64,000 bases of DNA from a virus. Position numbers and translations under genes: made by a program. The notes under the pieces were generated by a model. The model worked only from the letters and a program-made list of their open reading frames with translations, was not told the DNA's origin and did no database searches. Of the stretch, positions 27,979 through 39,094 are shown piece after piece. Location of the stretch: IMG/VR virus record IMGVR_UViG_3300045988_139374, positions 160,001 through 224,000 of that record, one strand, 5' to 3'. Position 1 is the stretch's first letter; each line of letters opens with the position of its first letter.

Positions 27979-28024
27979 TTTAAATTAGCGATAACGGTAC
28001 AATAAAGAATTTCTGAAAGGAGGT

Positions 28025-28759
28025 GTGTTTCTTTTGAGTAAATCTAGAAAAGAAAAATCAGAAGAATATGATCAAAAATATGGATGTATTCCAAGAGATA
28101 ATGACGAACGATTAGCTTGGCTAATTGATCAATTCAAATTATCTCCAGTAAGAATGAATGATATTATTGAGAAGAAAAGAAATATGGAAACTTTTCTTCA
28201 ATATTATGAATATAAACTCATTCTGTATGAAGATCCAGAAGGTGCTAAGAGACCTAGATTTAGATTAGTAAATAGAAAGAATTATATGAACGTAGCAATT
28301 CAAGCAAAAGATTTCGTTCATGTATATTCTCCTAATGCTGCAGATGATCATAGATTTATGCATAGATTAGTGGATCAAGAGTTAATTCAGTTAAATGGAC
28401 TCATTTCTACACCTATGCAAGTATCAATAAACACATTTTCGCGTACACCGTCTTATTTCAATCAAGCAGATACTATACTTGCCGAAATTGGTCTTCATAG
28501 ACCAATGCAGAAGCCAGATGTAGACAATATTGAGAAAAAATATTATGATGCATTCAATTATAATATTTGGCTAGATGATAGTCTTATTATAGATGCAGAC
28601 ATACATAAATATTATTCAGTATTGCCAAGACTTGAAATATATATTCGATATTTAAATTATATTACCAATGCTTATCAATATAATCAGATAATCAATAGAA
28701 AAGATTATAAACCTGAATTTGGTGTAAGTTATCTAGATAGCATGGGTAATCCAGTATAG
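28025..28759 (+). CDS. RusA-like Holliday junction resolvase domain protein
   Basis: C-terminal PDVDNIEKKYYDAFNYNIWLDDSLIIDADIHKYY resembles the RusA signature (DxDN..K...D......DD..I). Start is uncertain (GTG 28025 or TTG 28034). Confidence 0.55.
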   Translation: MFLLSKSRKEKSEEYDQKYGCIPRDNDERLAWLIDQFKLSPVRMNDIIEKKRNMETFLQYYEYKLILYEDPEGAKRPRFRLVNRKNYMNVAIQAKDFVHVYSPNAADDHRFMHRLVDQELIQLNGLISTPMQVSINTFSRTPSYFNQADTILAEIGLHRPMQKPDVDNIEKKYYDAFNYNIWLDDSLIIDADIHKYYSVLPRLEIYIRYLNYITNAYQYNQIINRKDYKPEFGVSYLDSMGNPV

Positions 28760-28771
28760 GAGTGAATTATA

Positions 28772-29335
28772 ATGGCTATTCCTTTTAGTAAAAGTGCTCT
28801 CAGAAATGAAAAAGATAAAATGGCTAAAGAACTATATGAACAGAAAAAAGCAGCTATAAATAATAATACTCATACTTATGATGAGGATACATCTTCTCTA
28901 AGTGGAACAGCTACTGAATTTAAATTTAGAAAGAATCCAGTAGATGAAGATAAATCTACTGTTCTATCTAAGAATATTCAGTGTGCTAAAGCAGACAAAG
29001 GTAAGTTGCCTATTTCTTTGGTTCCGATGTTTATTATCAAATGTATTGCAGCTATTCGTAAGTATGGTGAAGAAAAATACCATGCTCCTAATAACTGGGT
29101 TCTAGTAGACAAACAAAGATATGTAGATGCAATGTGGAGGCATCTAATTGCATATCAAGAGGGAGAAATATATGATAAAGAATCTGGTCTTCCTCATCTC
29201 TGGCATGCTGCCTGTAATATGGCATTTATCCTTGAAATGGAATCTCCTGATTGGGATGTCCGTAAACAACAGCTAATTGCATCTGATCCTAAACTGCAGG
29301 AACAGCTGAAGAAATATATGGAGGATAATAAGTAA
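28772..29335 (+). CDS. hypothetical; resembles the phage dATP/dGTP diphosphohydrolase N-terminal-like domain
   Basis: KGKLPISLVP...AIRKYGEEKYHAPNNW...DAMWRHL...ESGLPHLWHAACN pattern recalled from that family; not verifiable here. Confidence 0.35.
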   Translation: MAIPFSKSALRNEKDKMAKELYEQKKAAINNNTHTYDEDTSSLSGTATEFKFRKNPVDEDKSTVLSKNIQCAKADKGKLPISLVPMFIIKCIAAIRKYGEEKYHAPNNWVLVDKQRYVDAMWRHLIAYQEGEIYDKESGLPHLWHAACNMAFILEMESPDWDVRKQQLIASDPKLQEQLKKYMEDNK

Positions 29336-29674
29336 ATGAACGCAACTTATACTGATGAGATTACTAGTATGATTAGTAATCTTCGAAATAGTATTTATAA
29401 CTCCGATGCTTTTATTCAGAATACTATTAATAAGCTAAATGTTTCTGGATATAATCCTGTATTTAGCTATGATCCTGCTGGTGGTATTAATATCCTAATT
29501 ACTATTGATGGCTTTAATATTAATGCTATCAATGAGTATATCATTGAGATTAAATCTGCTATCTATTCTGCTATTCGAATTGTTAATCCTGATATGACTA
29601 TTACTAATGATATTCTTAGTATTCTATTCAATATAATCTATGCAGGAAATAATACATTAATGGTGAAGCTATGA
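29336..29674 (+). CDS. hypothetical protein
   Basis: 112-aa ORF; its ATG directly abuts the upstream stop (TAAATG). Confidence 0.55.
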   Translation: MNATYTDEITSMISNLRNSIYNSDAFIQNTINKLNVSGYNPVFSYDPAGGINILITIDGFNINAINEYIIEIKSAIYSAIRIVNPDMTITNDILSILFNIIYAGNNTLMVKL

Positions 29675-30273
29675 AACTTATTGCATCTAAAGGTTCTAAA
29701 ACTAAAGCATTCCATTATGCCTATTGCAAATGTGCTAAGAATATTAAGAGTAGTAATATTATAGAATTTAACAGTATTGATGAAGCAGAAGAACAAGGAT
29801 ATTATCAATGCCCTATATGCTCTAGAATTATTGTAAAATATAATGAAGATAGAGTAAATATAGATAATTATTTATGCTCTCATTATCTGAAAATGTATAT
29901 TGAAGGTGGATCGATGTACATTGATAATGTATTTTCTTCTTGGAAAATATGTGCAAGACCTAAAGCAATGGATCTTATGCTATATCATGCAAATACTGAA
30001 AATTATGGTGAGCTACCAATTAAGAATGGCCATCTAATTCATCATTATCATATTCAGAAATATCGTGGTAAATCTGATATTCTGAGTATGCTAAAATATA
30101 TTGTAGCTCATGATAAGTATAAGGTAAAAGTTCTAAATGATTTTAGAAGACTTCCTTGCCATACTCATAAACAGAGACTTATTCATGATGCAGAGATGAA
30201 AAAGTCTCGTAAACTCCAAGAAGTATACAAGAGAAACTTTATTCTTAAAGTAAAGCTAGAATCTGATGAATAA
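29671..30273 (+). CDS. hypothetical protein with Ada-like metal-binding N-terminus
   Basis: ATGA overlap with the upstream gene; FHYAYCKCAKN...FNSIDEAEEQGYYQCPIC resembles the Ada Zn-binding pattern. Confidence 0.4.
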   Translation: MKLIASKGSKTKAFHYAYCKCAKNIKSSNIIEFNSIDEAEEQGYYQCPICSRIIVKYNEDRVNIDNYLCSHYLKMYIEGGSMYIDNVFSSWKICARPKAMDLMLYHANTENYGELPIKNGHLIHHYHIQKYRGKSDILSMLKYIVAHDKYKVKVLNDFRRLPCHTHKQRLIHDAEMKKSRKLQEVYKRNFILKVKLESDE

Positions 30274-30278
30274 GAATA

Positions 30279-30316
30279 GGAGTAGATCGTAATGATCTAC
30301 TCCTTTTATTTTATTT
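30279..30316 (+). terminator. rho-independent terminator
   Basis: GGAGTAGATC 30279-30288 pairs with GATCTACTCC 30294-30303, followed by T-run. Confidence 0.7.
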
Positions 30317-30392
30317 CAAATAGATATTATAAAATTGATAAGAATGAAATCTCTTATCAAAAAATATTAAAAAGAAAGAAGAGAAATATTAT

Positions 30393-31142
30393 ATGAGTAA
30401 GAAGTTAGATTTAAATGACTTTATTGGTAAAAAATATGGATGCTTAACTATTATTGGAATTGCAGAACCGAATACATCTGTTAGGCAATCAAAAGTAAAA
30501 GTTAAATGTGATTGTGGAAATGAATCTGTTAAAGTGTTAGAAAATGTGTTACATTCACTTAGCAGATGCTCAAAAGAGTGTGGAATATTTGCTGATGATC
30601 AAATCATAAAAATGGTAGATAAATATATTGGCAAAAAATACAATCATTTAACAATACGATCATTTGTAAGAAAAATAGAAAATCCTTCTTACAGTGACTG
30701 TTATGGTGCAAAACGGTATATTGTAAGATGCAAATGCGATTGTGGTCGGACGATAGATCTTAATTTATATAGCGTTATTTATGGAGTTAAAACTACATGC
30801 GGGCAATGTAGGCTTTCAATAGTAAGGCATTTAGAATCTCGTAATAAAGATAACGATCCAGTTGTATCAAAATTATATGGTATATATAATCATATGGTTA
30901 AGCATGCTCGCACGTCCACAGGATTTCTCTCTAAAGAATGGTTCAATGATAAAGATCCTGTACCTGCTATTCATAACTTTATGAATTATTGTAGACCACT
31001 ATATGAAAAGACTATGAATGATGGTAATAATAAAAATGTTTTTATTCATAGGATAGACATCAATAAGCCATTAGGACCTGATAATGTATATTTTGATCAC
31101 CATATATTTAATATTCATTATTCTGGTAGAGTGTATTATTAA
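30393..31142 (+). CDS. Cys-rich zinc-ribbon repeat protein (paralog of 42..1250)
   Basis: Repeats KKYGCLTIIG...CDCGNE..., KKYNHLTIRS...CKCDCGR...TCGQC. Confidence 0.6.
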   Translation: MSKKLDLNDFIGKKYGCLTIIGIAEPNTSVRQSKVKVKCDCGNESVKVLENVLHSLSRCSKECGIFADDQIIKMVDKYIGKKYNHLTIRSFVRKIENPSYSDCYGAKRYIVRCKCDCGRTIDLNLYSVIYGVKTTCGQCRLSIVRHLESRNKDNDPVVSKLYGIYNHMVKHARTSTGFLSKEWFNDKDPVPAIHNFMNYCRPLYEKTMNDGNNKNVFIHRIDINKPLGPDNVYFDHHIFNIHYSGRVYY

Positions 31143-31151
31143 AAAAATAAG

Positions 31152-31190
31152 GCCGAGTGGACTAAATATCCACCCGGCTTTATTTTTTTT
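31152..31190. terminator. bidirectional terminator between convergent genes
   Basis: GCCGAGTGG pairs with CCACCCGGC (one mismatch), flanked by an A-run and a T-run. Confidence 0.55.
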
Positions 31191-32118
31191 AATACTTAAT
31201 AGACTTCAGTGTATCTTCAATGTACTTATTATCAACCTTTTCCAGTTGAATAGTACCAATAGTTTCCAGCAAAGAATACATGCAGCGAGCAGATTCAACA
31301 ATAGAATCCATATTCAGCTTGCCATTCTCATCAATCAGAGAACCCTTTGCATCCTTATTCTTAACAGCTGCTTCAGACAGGTTACGAACCATACGATCAA
31401 AGACACTACGATAGCCTTCATGTTGAATCTTGTAGATCTTATCTTTAGCAATACGAGTTTCAGATTCCTCTACACTCTCAGCATAATCATTATCATTAGT
31501 ATCCTTAGCCATCTGAACACGATCAGCAGTCTGCTTTAGAACAGTCTTTACATTCTCCTTATCCTGCTGGTTTCTATTAACAAAATTCTCTTCTGCATTA
31601 GAAACACGCATTCTAATAAGGTTAGTGATATCGTCAACGTCTTCAGTATTATCGACATCCTTCCAGAAATCATCAAGACTTCCAGAATCAATATACTGAG
31701 TATCTTCATCACGAGTAGCATCCTCAGTAATAGTCTTATAATGACTATTAATTTCAGACCAGCAAGTACGCAGGAATCCATTCTCAGAGAAACGCATATT
31801 CTTTAGCAGAGTAGTTTCTCCAACCTCGGAGATATAATTCTCAATAAGATTCTCACAAATAGAATACTCACGATGAGTATAGTTGGGAATAGAACCAACA
31901 CAGAGTTCCATAAGCATCTTTTTAATCAGAGACTTCTTTACATTAGCCTTGAATTCGAAGAGCTTATCCACACTCTTATTGAATGCTATCTTCTGATTTT
32001 CTTCTTCAACAATATGCTGATTAAATTCATTAATGGACTTTTGGCGAGCAAGCTTTGCTGCTTCTTCCTTAGCCTTACGCTGTTCAGCAAGATACTGACG
32101 ATCTTCTCTAAGACTCAT
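31189..32118 (-). CDS. hypothetical charged/coiled protein (possible scaffold-like)
   Basis: 309-aa ORF; TAGGAGGA RBS on the minus strand; K/E-rich N-terminus. Confidence 0.6.
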   Translation of the reverse strand: MSLREDRQYLAEQRKAKEEAAKLARQKSINEFNQHIVEEENQKIAFNKSVDKLFEFKANVKKSLIKKMLMELCVGSIPNYTHREYSICENLIENYISEVGETTLLKNMRFSENGFLRTCWSEINSHYKTITEDATRDEDTQYIDSGSLDDFWKDVDNTEDVDDITNLIRMRVSNAEENFVNRNQQDKENVKTVLKQTADRVQMAKDTNDNDYAESVEESETRIAKDKIYKIQHEGYRSVFDRMVRNLSEAAVKNKDAKGSLIDENGKLNMDSIVESARCMYSLLETIGTIQLEKVDNKYIEDTLKSIKY

Positions 32119-32142
32119 TGTATAATCCTCCTAGATTTATTA

Positions 32143-35100
32143 TTAAATTTCAGAAACATAGATATTGATATCAGGAGCTGTAGTTCCATCCTTTTCAAGA
32201 ACATTATTTACATTCAAGAATTCAGGAGCAACATGAATAGGAATCTTAGAATCATCCAGCTTATAAATATGCTGGACATCTGCACCATAATCATTAAACC
32301 CTAGATACTCGAAATAAGTAATTTGTTCTTTATAGTTAGTAGTAATCTGTGTAACCAGATTAGGAATATGCAGCTCACTAAGATCATTAAGATCTTCAAT
32401 GTAATCCTTAATTTCTTGTACAATATTTCCCTTAGTATAAGAATCATTATCTGCAACCAATTTGACTCTGAAGTATAGAGATAGATTAACCTTATTAATG
32501 AATTCAATATTGTCATCGAGCAGACCATTATTGTCTTTATCTTTGATAATATAGAATGTCTTAGAAGGCCCATAAGTATTGAACAGCTTAAAGTCAATTC
32601 CGAAAGAATTTTCGAGTCTAATCAGAGCAGATTCGATATATGCTTTTCTATAATTCAAAGCATTGATTGCAGATTGTACAAGAGCTTCATCTTGCGTATA
32701 ATCATATCCAATCATCGGAACGGATGCTACATAATAGCCTTTAAGATCCATAGTAGTTGCACTAGTATCAGATTCAGCCTTTTTCACATCGGTTCCATAA
32801 GGCTTAACTCTAGATCCCATAATTTCAGAATAGTTATGATACATCGTAACACCATTGACAACGTCATAGGTATTAGTCAATGTCCAATTTCTCAAACCAG
32901 GGCAAATAGAATCGAAACCATTTCTTGAATATGTTCCACTAGTATCAGGAATTGCTACTAGAGTGTAAATCTTCATTTCCGTAGTAGGATTGAAGAATCC
33001 ATATTCAGTTGTAGCAGGCTGAGTGCTAGTAGCAGTCAGAATAGTAGGTGTATCAGTAGTTTTGTCAGTATAAGCAATTTGAATATCACCAGAAAAATCA
33101 GTGAGAGAAATTACTTTATAATCAATGATCTTTTCATCTTCATCCTTAATAGGAATTAGAGTAAGAGCACTATTATTACTGACTACCATAGTATCAAACT
33201 CTGTAGGAACTTTGATTCCTAGAGTATTTAGAATAGCAGATAGAGTAACTATTGCACCATTGTTTAGAGTATACTTTGTATCTTTATTACTTTCTCCAGT
33301 AATAGTGACAATATATTCATTCTGACCACAGACTTGTACATTAGTCAGTCTAATATTATTGTCTTGATCAAAGATATCTTCTGCATTAAATTGCTGAGTA
33401 AAAGTGAAAGAGTAGTTACTCTTATCAAAAGACTCTAGATTCAATGCTCTATATCTATAATCAATATTATTACGTCTAAAGACAACAAATGCTTTGATAA
33501 GAGGAACAACCTCATCATCTTCACCTTCAGGAATAACACCAAGATCATCCTGAACAGATTGCATAAGCTCGATTCTTAAAGTATACTTATCTTTTTTATC
33601 TTCACAGAAAGGTCTATTCCAATTAATATTTGTAGAAATAAATTGGATATTAGATTTATCATTTATATAATCGAAATGCAGATAAGGATTCTCTTCCATA
33701 GACATCATATAGAATGCGGAATATAGACGATATCCATTAATATTAATTGCATAGGGATTAGTATAAACAAATCCACGTTTTCCTTCCATAGAAGTTTCAG
33801 TAGGTTCATGCTGATAGTTTTTATCTCCGTACTTGAGATAATTACTAAATGGCAGATAATCCAAACCTCTAGAAAGTTTAATAATAATCTTAGGATTATA
33901 ATTATAGCTAGTAGATCGATAGCTAATCTTATAAGTAATCTGTGTATTGTTTGTAACAGAATTAATCTTATTGACTACTTCGATCTTAGGTACATAGGTA
34001 ATATGAATATCTTTCTTAGTCTGTACTGCACCCTCAGTAACATACATACCATTTTCAATAGCATATACATCTTGAGTTAGATTAATAGTATAAAGCTTAC
34101 TATCAATAACTACATTCAGACTAATAGGTTTATCATCACCAAATTGCTTAGCAATAGTAATGATATATTCATTACCTCTCATACGATTAGTAGGCTTCTC
34201 GGGATCATCAGGATCACCTTCAGCATATTCTACTCCATCGACGATATAATACCAATTGTTCTGAGGACGATCTTCGATAGCAGGAAGTTCATCTTCTTTA
34301 ACAACATTCAGGCTATAATCATTCTTATCATCAGATTCTTGTTGTTCTGCTCCATTAGGAACTCTAGTAGAACTAACGATACCCATGTACCATTCATTTT
34401 CTTTACGATCTTTCAAAGCAGGCATATCCTTTTCAGAAGTAACTTTAAGATCATAATTATCTAGAGTTCCAGCAGGTTTAGTAGAAGCATCTTGATCAGT
34501 TTGCTCTACTTCCATTTCTCTGTAGAACCATTCATTCTTTTCTCGAATGCTTACAGGAGGAATAGTCTCATCTGTAACAACACTGAGCTTATAAGGCTTA
34601 TTAGTTTCACTTTCAGATGGAACTCCTGCTTCAGGATCATTAGGATCCATGATAAGAGGTTTATCTATTGTACCATTAGGAGTTACTGTTACATAATCAG
34701 TATTAGAAGATTTACAATCAGAAATCTCACCAGAAAAATCTAGTGCACTTAGAACAGTAGACAGATTCACCTTAAGATTCTGAACGAGATTATACTGATT
34801 GGACCCATATTTGAAATATGTAATGCCATTAGATTTATCATTCAATCTACGAACGATACCAAAAGTAATCTTAGTATCTTTGGGAAGATCTGTGATAACA
34901 ATAGGTAGGCTACTAAAATGTCTAGTGATCCCATCCACTGTGTAATATGCATCAACAAAATCTAGATTAGAAAGATACTTATCTCTTGCTTGAATGATAG
35001 AATTATCATTCTGAGTAATATATTCAGTAGTGTAGACATATTTCTTACCTACGCCCATTTGAATATAATCTTCTACTTGCTGAGAAGGAGTAGACTCATC

Positions 35101-36663
35101 TTTCTCATAAGTAAATTTGCCGTCAAGAGATCCTGTAGTAGTATCAGGAAATATATGAGTAGCAGAATTACATCCTCCAATTTCTACAGTAGTAGAAAAT
35201 TGTTTCTTTTCTTCTTCTGTAATTTCAATAGTGAAATTACTTTCCACTATATCTCCACGAGAAACAGAAGGTCCAGTGAATTCATATCCATTACCTAGGA
35301 TAGGCATTTCATTAATATATCCTACTCCATCTGTTCCAAGTTTAAAACAAGTTCCAGCAGGCAATAGATATCTAGGAGAATCTACTTCATTAATTCTAGA
35401 CTCAATTAGAGCATCAATAGGAACTTTAATATCAATAGTATTAGAAGGAATGATGTCTCCATTTGTATCTTTTGCTACAAAGTAAGCATAATAGACACGT
35501 TCAATCTGATTATCAATCTTCTTTTGAATGACAATTCTACCATAATCAGAATCAAGCATTCCAAAGTAGTTATTCAGATCTGTAATAGTAGTAAGAGATC
35601 CTCTAGACAAAGCTTCTTTAGGAATAATTCCTTGAAGTTCTTTCTTAGATTTTCTATCAATACCACCAGAAGAATTACTAATAGGAGTAATCAAGCAAGT
35701 GATATTCTTATAGTTATAATTACTCGATTCAAGAGTAGCATAGACATCTTTACCATAAGTAAAGTTTCCACTAGCACCTTGACAAGTCTTTACTAGGCAT
35801 TCAACAGTAGCATTTAGACCAGGCATATAGGACTGCCGGTCAAAACGAACTCTGATAAGATTAGTATCAATATATTGATACCAGCAGTAATACTGAGCAT
35901 TTACATCATCAGGAACTGCACTGCCCTCAAAGACTGGAGTAATATAATAATCTTGATCAGATTCTTTAGAATGAATTTCGAAATAAGCCAATTGATTGGT
36001 AAACTCAAAATTCATAGTCTTATTATCAATGATATTAGAAGTAACCAATTTCTTAGAAACTACATTATGCTCAACCTGAGCAAGGATTGCTGTTAAGTAA
36101 ATATAGTTCTCATGATTTACGTTAACAACTGTAGGAGGGCTAAGATATTGGTTAGCAGAGGTAATAGTAGATGTAGGCACATCTCTATTTGCAGGAATGT
36201 CATATTGAGCAGTATAAGTATTAGTAGCTTTCTTCTCAATATAAATTCTTTTTAGCTTAATATCATATTCCAGATGAAACTCATAATCACCAATCATTAG
36301 AGGACAGTCTCTATCAATTGTGAAAATATTATTTTCATCAAAGTAATCGGTAATATCAGATTCTTTTAGAGCTAGAAATGCTGTCATCTTTGCAGGAACT
36401 GCATTGATGTTTTCGATATTCATCATTATTGCATGAGTAATGACATTTCTTTCTAGTCTTGCTCTAGAGGGAAAGACTTCGTTACACAATTCTCCAGTCA
36501 TCTGAACTTGTGTCTGAAGTCTTTTTGCTTCTAGAGCACCAAGATATCCATATGTACCAATTGCTAAGGTTTCTTCATTTTCATCTGGAAGAAATACTGA
36601 CTTAACATCTTCAACCAGTCTAGACAGGTTGTAGATATCAGAGTTGACTGTTTTCTTTGCCAT
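32143..36663 (-). CDS. large virion structural protein (1506 aa), function unknown
   Basis: Uninterrupted ORF, TAAGGAGA RBS, in an operon with 36685..37890 and 31189..32118. Confidence 0.65.
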   Translation of the reverse strand: MAKKTVNSDIYNLSRLVEDVKSVFLPDENEETLAIGTYGYLGALEAKRLQTQVQMTGELCNEVFPSRARLERNVITHAIMMNIENINAVPAKMTAFLALKESDITDYFDENNIFTIDRDCPLMIGDYEFHLEYDIKLKRIYIEKKATNTYTAQYDIPANRDVPTSTITSANQYLSPPTVVNVNHENYIYLTAILAQVEHNVVSKKLVTSNIIDNKTMNFEFTNQLAYFEIHSKESDQDYYITPVFEGSAVPDDVNAQYYCWYQYIDTNLIRVRFDRQSYMPGLNATVECLVKTCQGASGNFTYGKDVYATLESSNYNYKNITCLITPISNSSGGIDRKSKKELQGIIPKEALSRGSLTTITDLNNYFGMLDSDYGRIVIQKKIDNQIERVYYAYFVAKDTNGDIIPSNTIDIKVPIDALIESRINEVDSPRYLLPAGTCFKLGTDGVGYINEMPILGNGYEFTGPSVSRGDIVESNFTIEITEEEKKQFSTTVEIGGCNSATHIFPDTTTGSLDGKFTYEKDESTPSQQVEDYIQMGVGKKYVYTTEYITQNDNSIIQARDKYLSNLDFVDAYYTVDGITRHFSSLPIVITDLPKDTKITFGIVRRLNDKSNGITYFKYGSNQYNLVQNLKVNLSTVLSALDFSGEISDCKSSNTDYVTVTPNGTIDKPLIMDPNDPEAGVPSESETNKPYKLSVVTDETIPPVSIREKNEWFYREMEVEQTDQDASTKPAGTLDNYDLKVTSEKDMPALKDRKENEWYMGIVSSTRVPNGAEQQESDDKNDYSLNVVKEDELPAIEDRPQNNWYYIVDGVEYAEGDPDDPEKPTNRMRGNEYIITIAKQFGDDKPISLNVVIDSKLYTINLTQDVYAIENGMYVTEGAVQTKKDIHITYVPKIEVVNKINSVTNNTQITYKISYRSTSYNYNPKIIIKLSRGLDYLPFSNYLKYGDKNYQHEPTETSMEGKRGFVYTNPYAININGYRLYSAFYMMSMEENPYLHFDYINDKSNIQFISTNINWNRPFCEDKKDKYTLRIELMQSVQDDLGVIPEGEDDEVVPLIKAFVVFRRNNIDYRYRALNLESFDKSNYSFTFTQQFNAEDIFDQDNNIRLTNVQVCGQNEYIVTITGESNKDTKYTLNNGAIVTLSAILNTLGIKVPTEFDTMVVSNNSALTLIPIKDEDEKIIDYKVISLTDFSGDIQIAYTDKTTDTPTILTATSTQPATTEYGFFNPTTEMKIYTLVAIPDTSGTYSRNGFDSICPGLRNWTLTNTYDVVNGVTMYHNYSEIMGSRVKPYGTDVKKAESDTSATTMDLKGYYVASVPMIGYDYTQDEALVQSAINALNYRKAYIESALIRLENSFGIDFKLFNTYGPSKTFYIIKDKDNNGLLDDNIEFINKVNLSLYFRVKLVADNDSYTKGNIVQEIKDYIEDLNDLSELHIPNLVTQITTNYKEQITYFEYLGFNDYGADVQHIYKLDDSKIPIHVAPEFLNVNNVLEKDGTTAPDINIYVSEI

Positions 36664-36684
36664 CTGAAATTCTCCTTATCAATT

Positions 36685-37890
36685 TTATTTTTTGCCATAC
36701 CATCTAAGACGATATTTTGCTCTTTCATCTGTAGCTAATTTTCTACCATCAACAAGAGCAGCAACTGGTAATGTACCATCTATTCTTTCAGTGGCTCCAA
36801 TATTATAGGTAGTTTTACCGATTTTTTGAGTAGAGCCACCGAGACTAATAGAAGTATCATAACTATGATTTCTACCATATAGCATATCAGATTTTCTGTT
36901 TTGACGAATAACTGGTAACCAGTTATTTTTGTTAAGTCCATGCTTAGACATAACTCTATTCATCAAAGTATTAAATTGATATAGAATAGTAGGAGTCATA
37001 TCTTCGATAAACGCTGCATCAAAGCTAACAGAGAAAGTTAAGCCGTCAGAAAAAGATGCATCCTGAAATGCATCTCTAGGACAAGATGTTGGGTATACAC
37101 CCCATAAATATGCCCAGTAGATTAGGGTTTCCATATCTTCATCTACAATGAATTTGTATATGCCCATTGTATTATGAAGCTTTTTGTATTGATAATATTT
37201 CATATCTGGAGGAGTTACCAAACCAGATTTTCTAGCAATATGATATTCAGAGTATGCTTTGAAGAATTGGTAAGTATTTAAACTTCTGTCATCTACAAAT
37301 TCTAGAGAGAAAGTATAACTTTCATCAGAAGGTTCTGAATCTTGAAGATATTTGTAAGATGTACCATATATTGTAGCAGGGTTATCCATAGTTTGAGCAC
37401 TAGAAGAATCTAGAGGTAAGCTACTATTAACAGAGAAACTTAATAGATGGCTAAAAGGATCTGGATTATAAACAGCACTCATTTGAAGCTCTTTAATAAC
37501 ATCTGGATTTGTATTAAGCAAACCAGAGAAATATGGAGCAGAAGTTAATTGAGGATTTAATCTCAATCCATTGTTAGAAATAACTCTAGATTTTTGAAAT
37601 CCTCCCATTGTATATAATGTATCAGCTTGTGATTTTCCATATGGTATACATATATGAAGATCAGGTTTCACAAAGAAAAGGTATTCTCTTCCTCCGTTGA
37701 GTCTTCCATATGGATCAAGGACTCTACCAAATCTAGAATACTTATTAAACTTAGCATTGTTAATATCCTTTTTAGAATATAATCCTTGAGAATTTAACAG
37801 CTCATCAGTTACATAAGTAGACGCTTTGGCATTACCACGATCATTAAGTTCTCCATATTGGATAGACTCTTTCGTGTATTGACTAGACAA
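36685..37890 (-). CDS. hypothetical structural protein (401 aa)
   Basis: TTG start 8 nt after GGAGG; first gene of the leftward operon. Confidence 0.6.
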   Translation of the reverse strand: MSSQYTKESIQYGELNDRGNAKASTYVTDELLNSQGLYSKKDINNAKFNKYSRFGRVLDPYGRLNGGREYLFFVKPDLHICIPYGKSQADTLYTMGGFQKSRVISNNGLRLNPQLTSAPYFSGLLNTNPDVIKELQMSAVYNPDPFSHLLSFSVNSSLPLDSSSAQTMDNPATIYGTSYKYLQDSEPSDESYTFSLEFVDDRSLNTYQFFKAYSEYHIARKSGLVTPPDMKYYQYKKLHNTMGIYKFIVDEDMETLIYWAYLWGVYPTSCPRDAFQDASFSDGLTFSVSFDAAFIEDMTPTILYQFNTLMNRVMSKHGLNKNNWLPVIRQNRKSDMLYGRNHSYDTSISLGGSTQKIGKTTYNIGATERIDGTLPVAALVDGRKLATDERAKYRLRWYGKK

Positions 37891-38040
37891 TACTCTTACC
37901 TCCTTTTCTTATATAATAAATATTATACGGATGTTCCAGTACTAACATTATAGAGCCAAATTCGGATATAAAAAGATATTATAAACTTGAGAGAGTATGG
38001 AAACGTATTTTCTCAAATAAAATAAAAGAGGTTGGTAAAA

Positions 38041-38298
38041 ATGGAAATCTGTATTGAATCTATCTTCAGAGATGCAATCCCCTATGTAGTAGACACGGTA
38101 GTATATACCGCCTACGATGCAGGACGCAGATTCGTAGGTAATTATGATAAGCGCCGTGACGTAGGATTTACCCCTTGGCCTTCTGTAAAGGGTTCTTTCC
38201 AAGAGACTAAGCGGTATTATTGTGATACTATCATGGGAAGAACATTTATCGAAGATAAAGCAACCGTATATTTTGTTAATGGAAGGAAGGCAAAATAA
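38041..38298 (+). CDS. hypothetical protein
   Basis: ATG at 38041 lies 9 nt after AGAGG; the track start TTG 38032 is less likely. Confidence 0.5.
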   Translation: MEICIESIFRDAIPYVVDTVVYTAYDAGRRFVGNYDKRRDVGFTPWPSVKGSFQETKRYYCDTIMGRTFIEDKATVYFVNGRKAK

Positions 38299-39083
38299 TG
38301 GATGGAGTAATTGTGATTAGTCCTATTCTCGAGAGTGCAATGAAAAGCACTGCAGTAGAGAAAACTAAAAACAGATTTATTGAACTTTCTGCAGAAGATC
38401 CAAGAGTTGAAGAAGCAATTGATGAGATGTATAAATCATTTGCTTTTGTGGATGGAAATTTTAATAATGGTAATTACAATAGGAATGCTAAAGTAAATCT
38501 TGAAAATGTAGAAGGATATATTCGTGGTAGCAGATTAAAAGAGTTAATGGAAATCTGCGAATATTCTATCGTAATCAATAAAGAAGACGGTAAAGAATAT
38601 GTATCATCAATTAATAAAGAAAGCATTGAAAATATTAATGATGCACATGAGTATATCTTTTATATATATAAAGATACTATCACTGTTGCTGATATGACTT
38701 TATATGCTGAATTAAAATATAAGGCAAGCATCAAAGGAGGAAAGAGCAATAAAAGATGGATATCTACAAAGAATAATAAGCTTACGAATAAAGCTAGAAA
38801 TAGACTTTATAAATCTATGGTATTTATGGATGCATGCTATGATGATGTAACAGATAAAACAAACTGTACATCTTTATTTAGAAAGCCTATTAAAGGTAAG
38901 CTTTGTAAGAAATATTTAAGGCATTGTAAATATCCTGGATCTGGCGGAAGTTTTGAAAATACGGAAGATAATAGATACTATGTTTTGGTAAAATATTATG
39001 ATGCATTGGAAATCAGTGAAGTGTATCATCTTTATGGAAAGAGTGTTGCAGAGATTCATGGTGAATTTAGAGTAATCTATTAA
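38298..39083 (+). CDS. hypothetical protein
   Basis: ATG overlaps the upstream TAA by 1 nt; GGAAGGAAGG RBS. Confidence 0.6.
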   Translation: MDGVIVISPILESAMKSTAVEKTKNRFIELSAEDPRVEEAIDEMYKSFAFVDGNFNNGNYNRNAKVNLENVEGYIRGSRLKELMEICEYSIVINKEDGKEYVSSINKESIENINDAHEYIFYIYKDTITVADMTLYAELKYKASIKGGKSNKRWISTKNNKLTNKARNRLYKSMVFMDACYDDVTDKTNCTSLFRKPIKGKLCKKYLRHCKYPGSGGSFENTEDNRYYVLVKYYDALEISEVYHLYGKSVAEIHGEFRVIY

Positions 39084-39094
39084 TCAAGCAAAAG

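Noticed and set aside
31084-32304. Plus-strand ORFs 31084..31539 and 31873..32304.
   Set aside because: They are antisense to the RBS-led gene 31189..32118, with hydrophobic low-complexity composition and no RBS.
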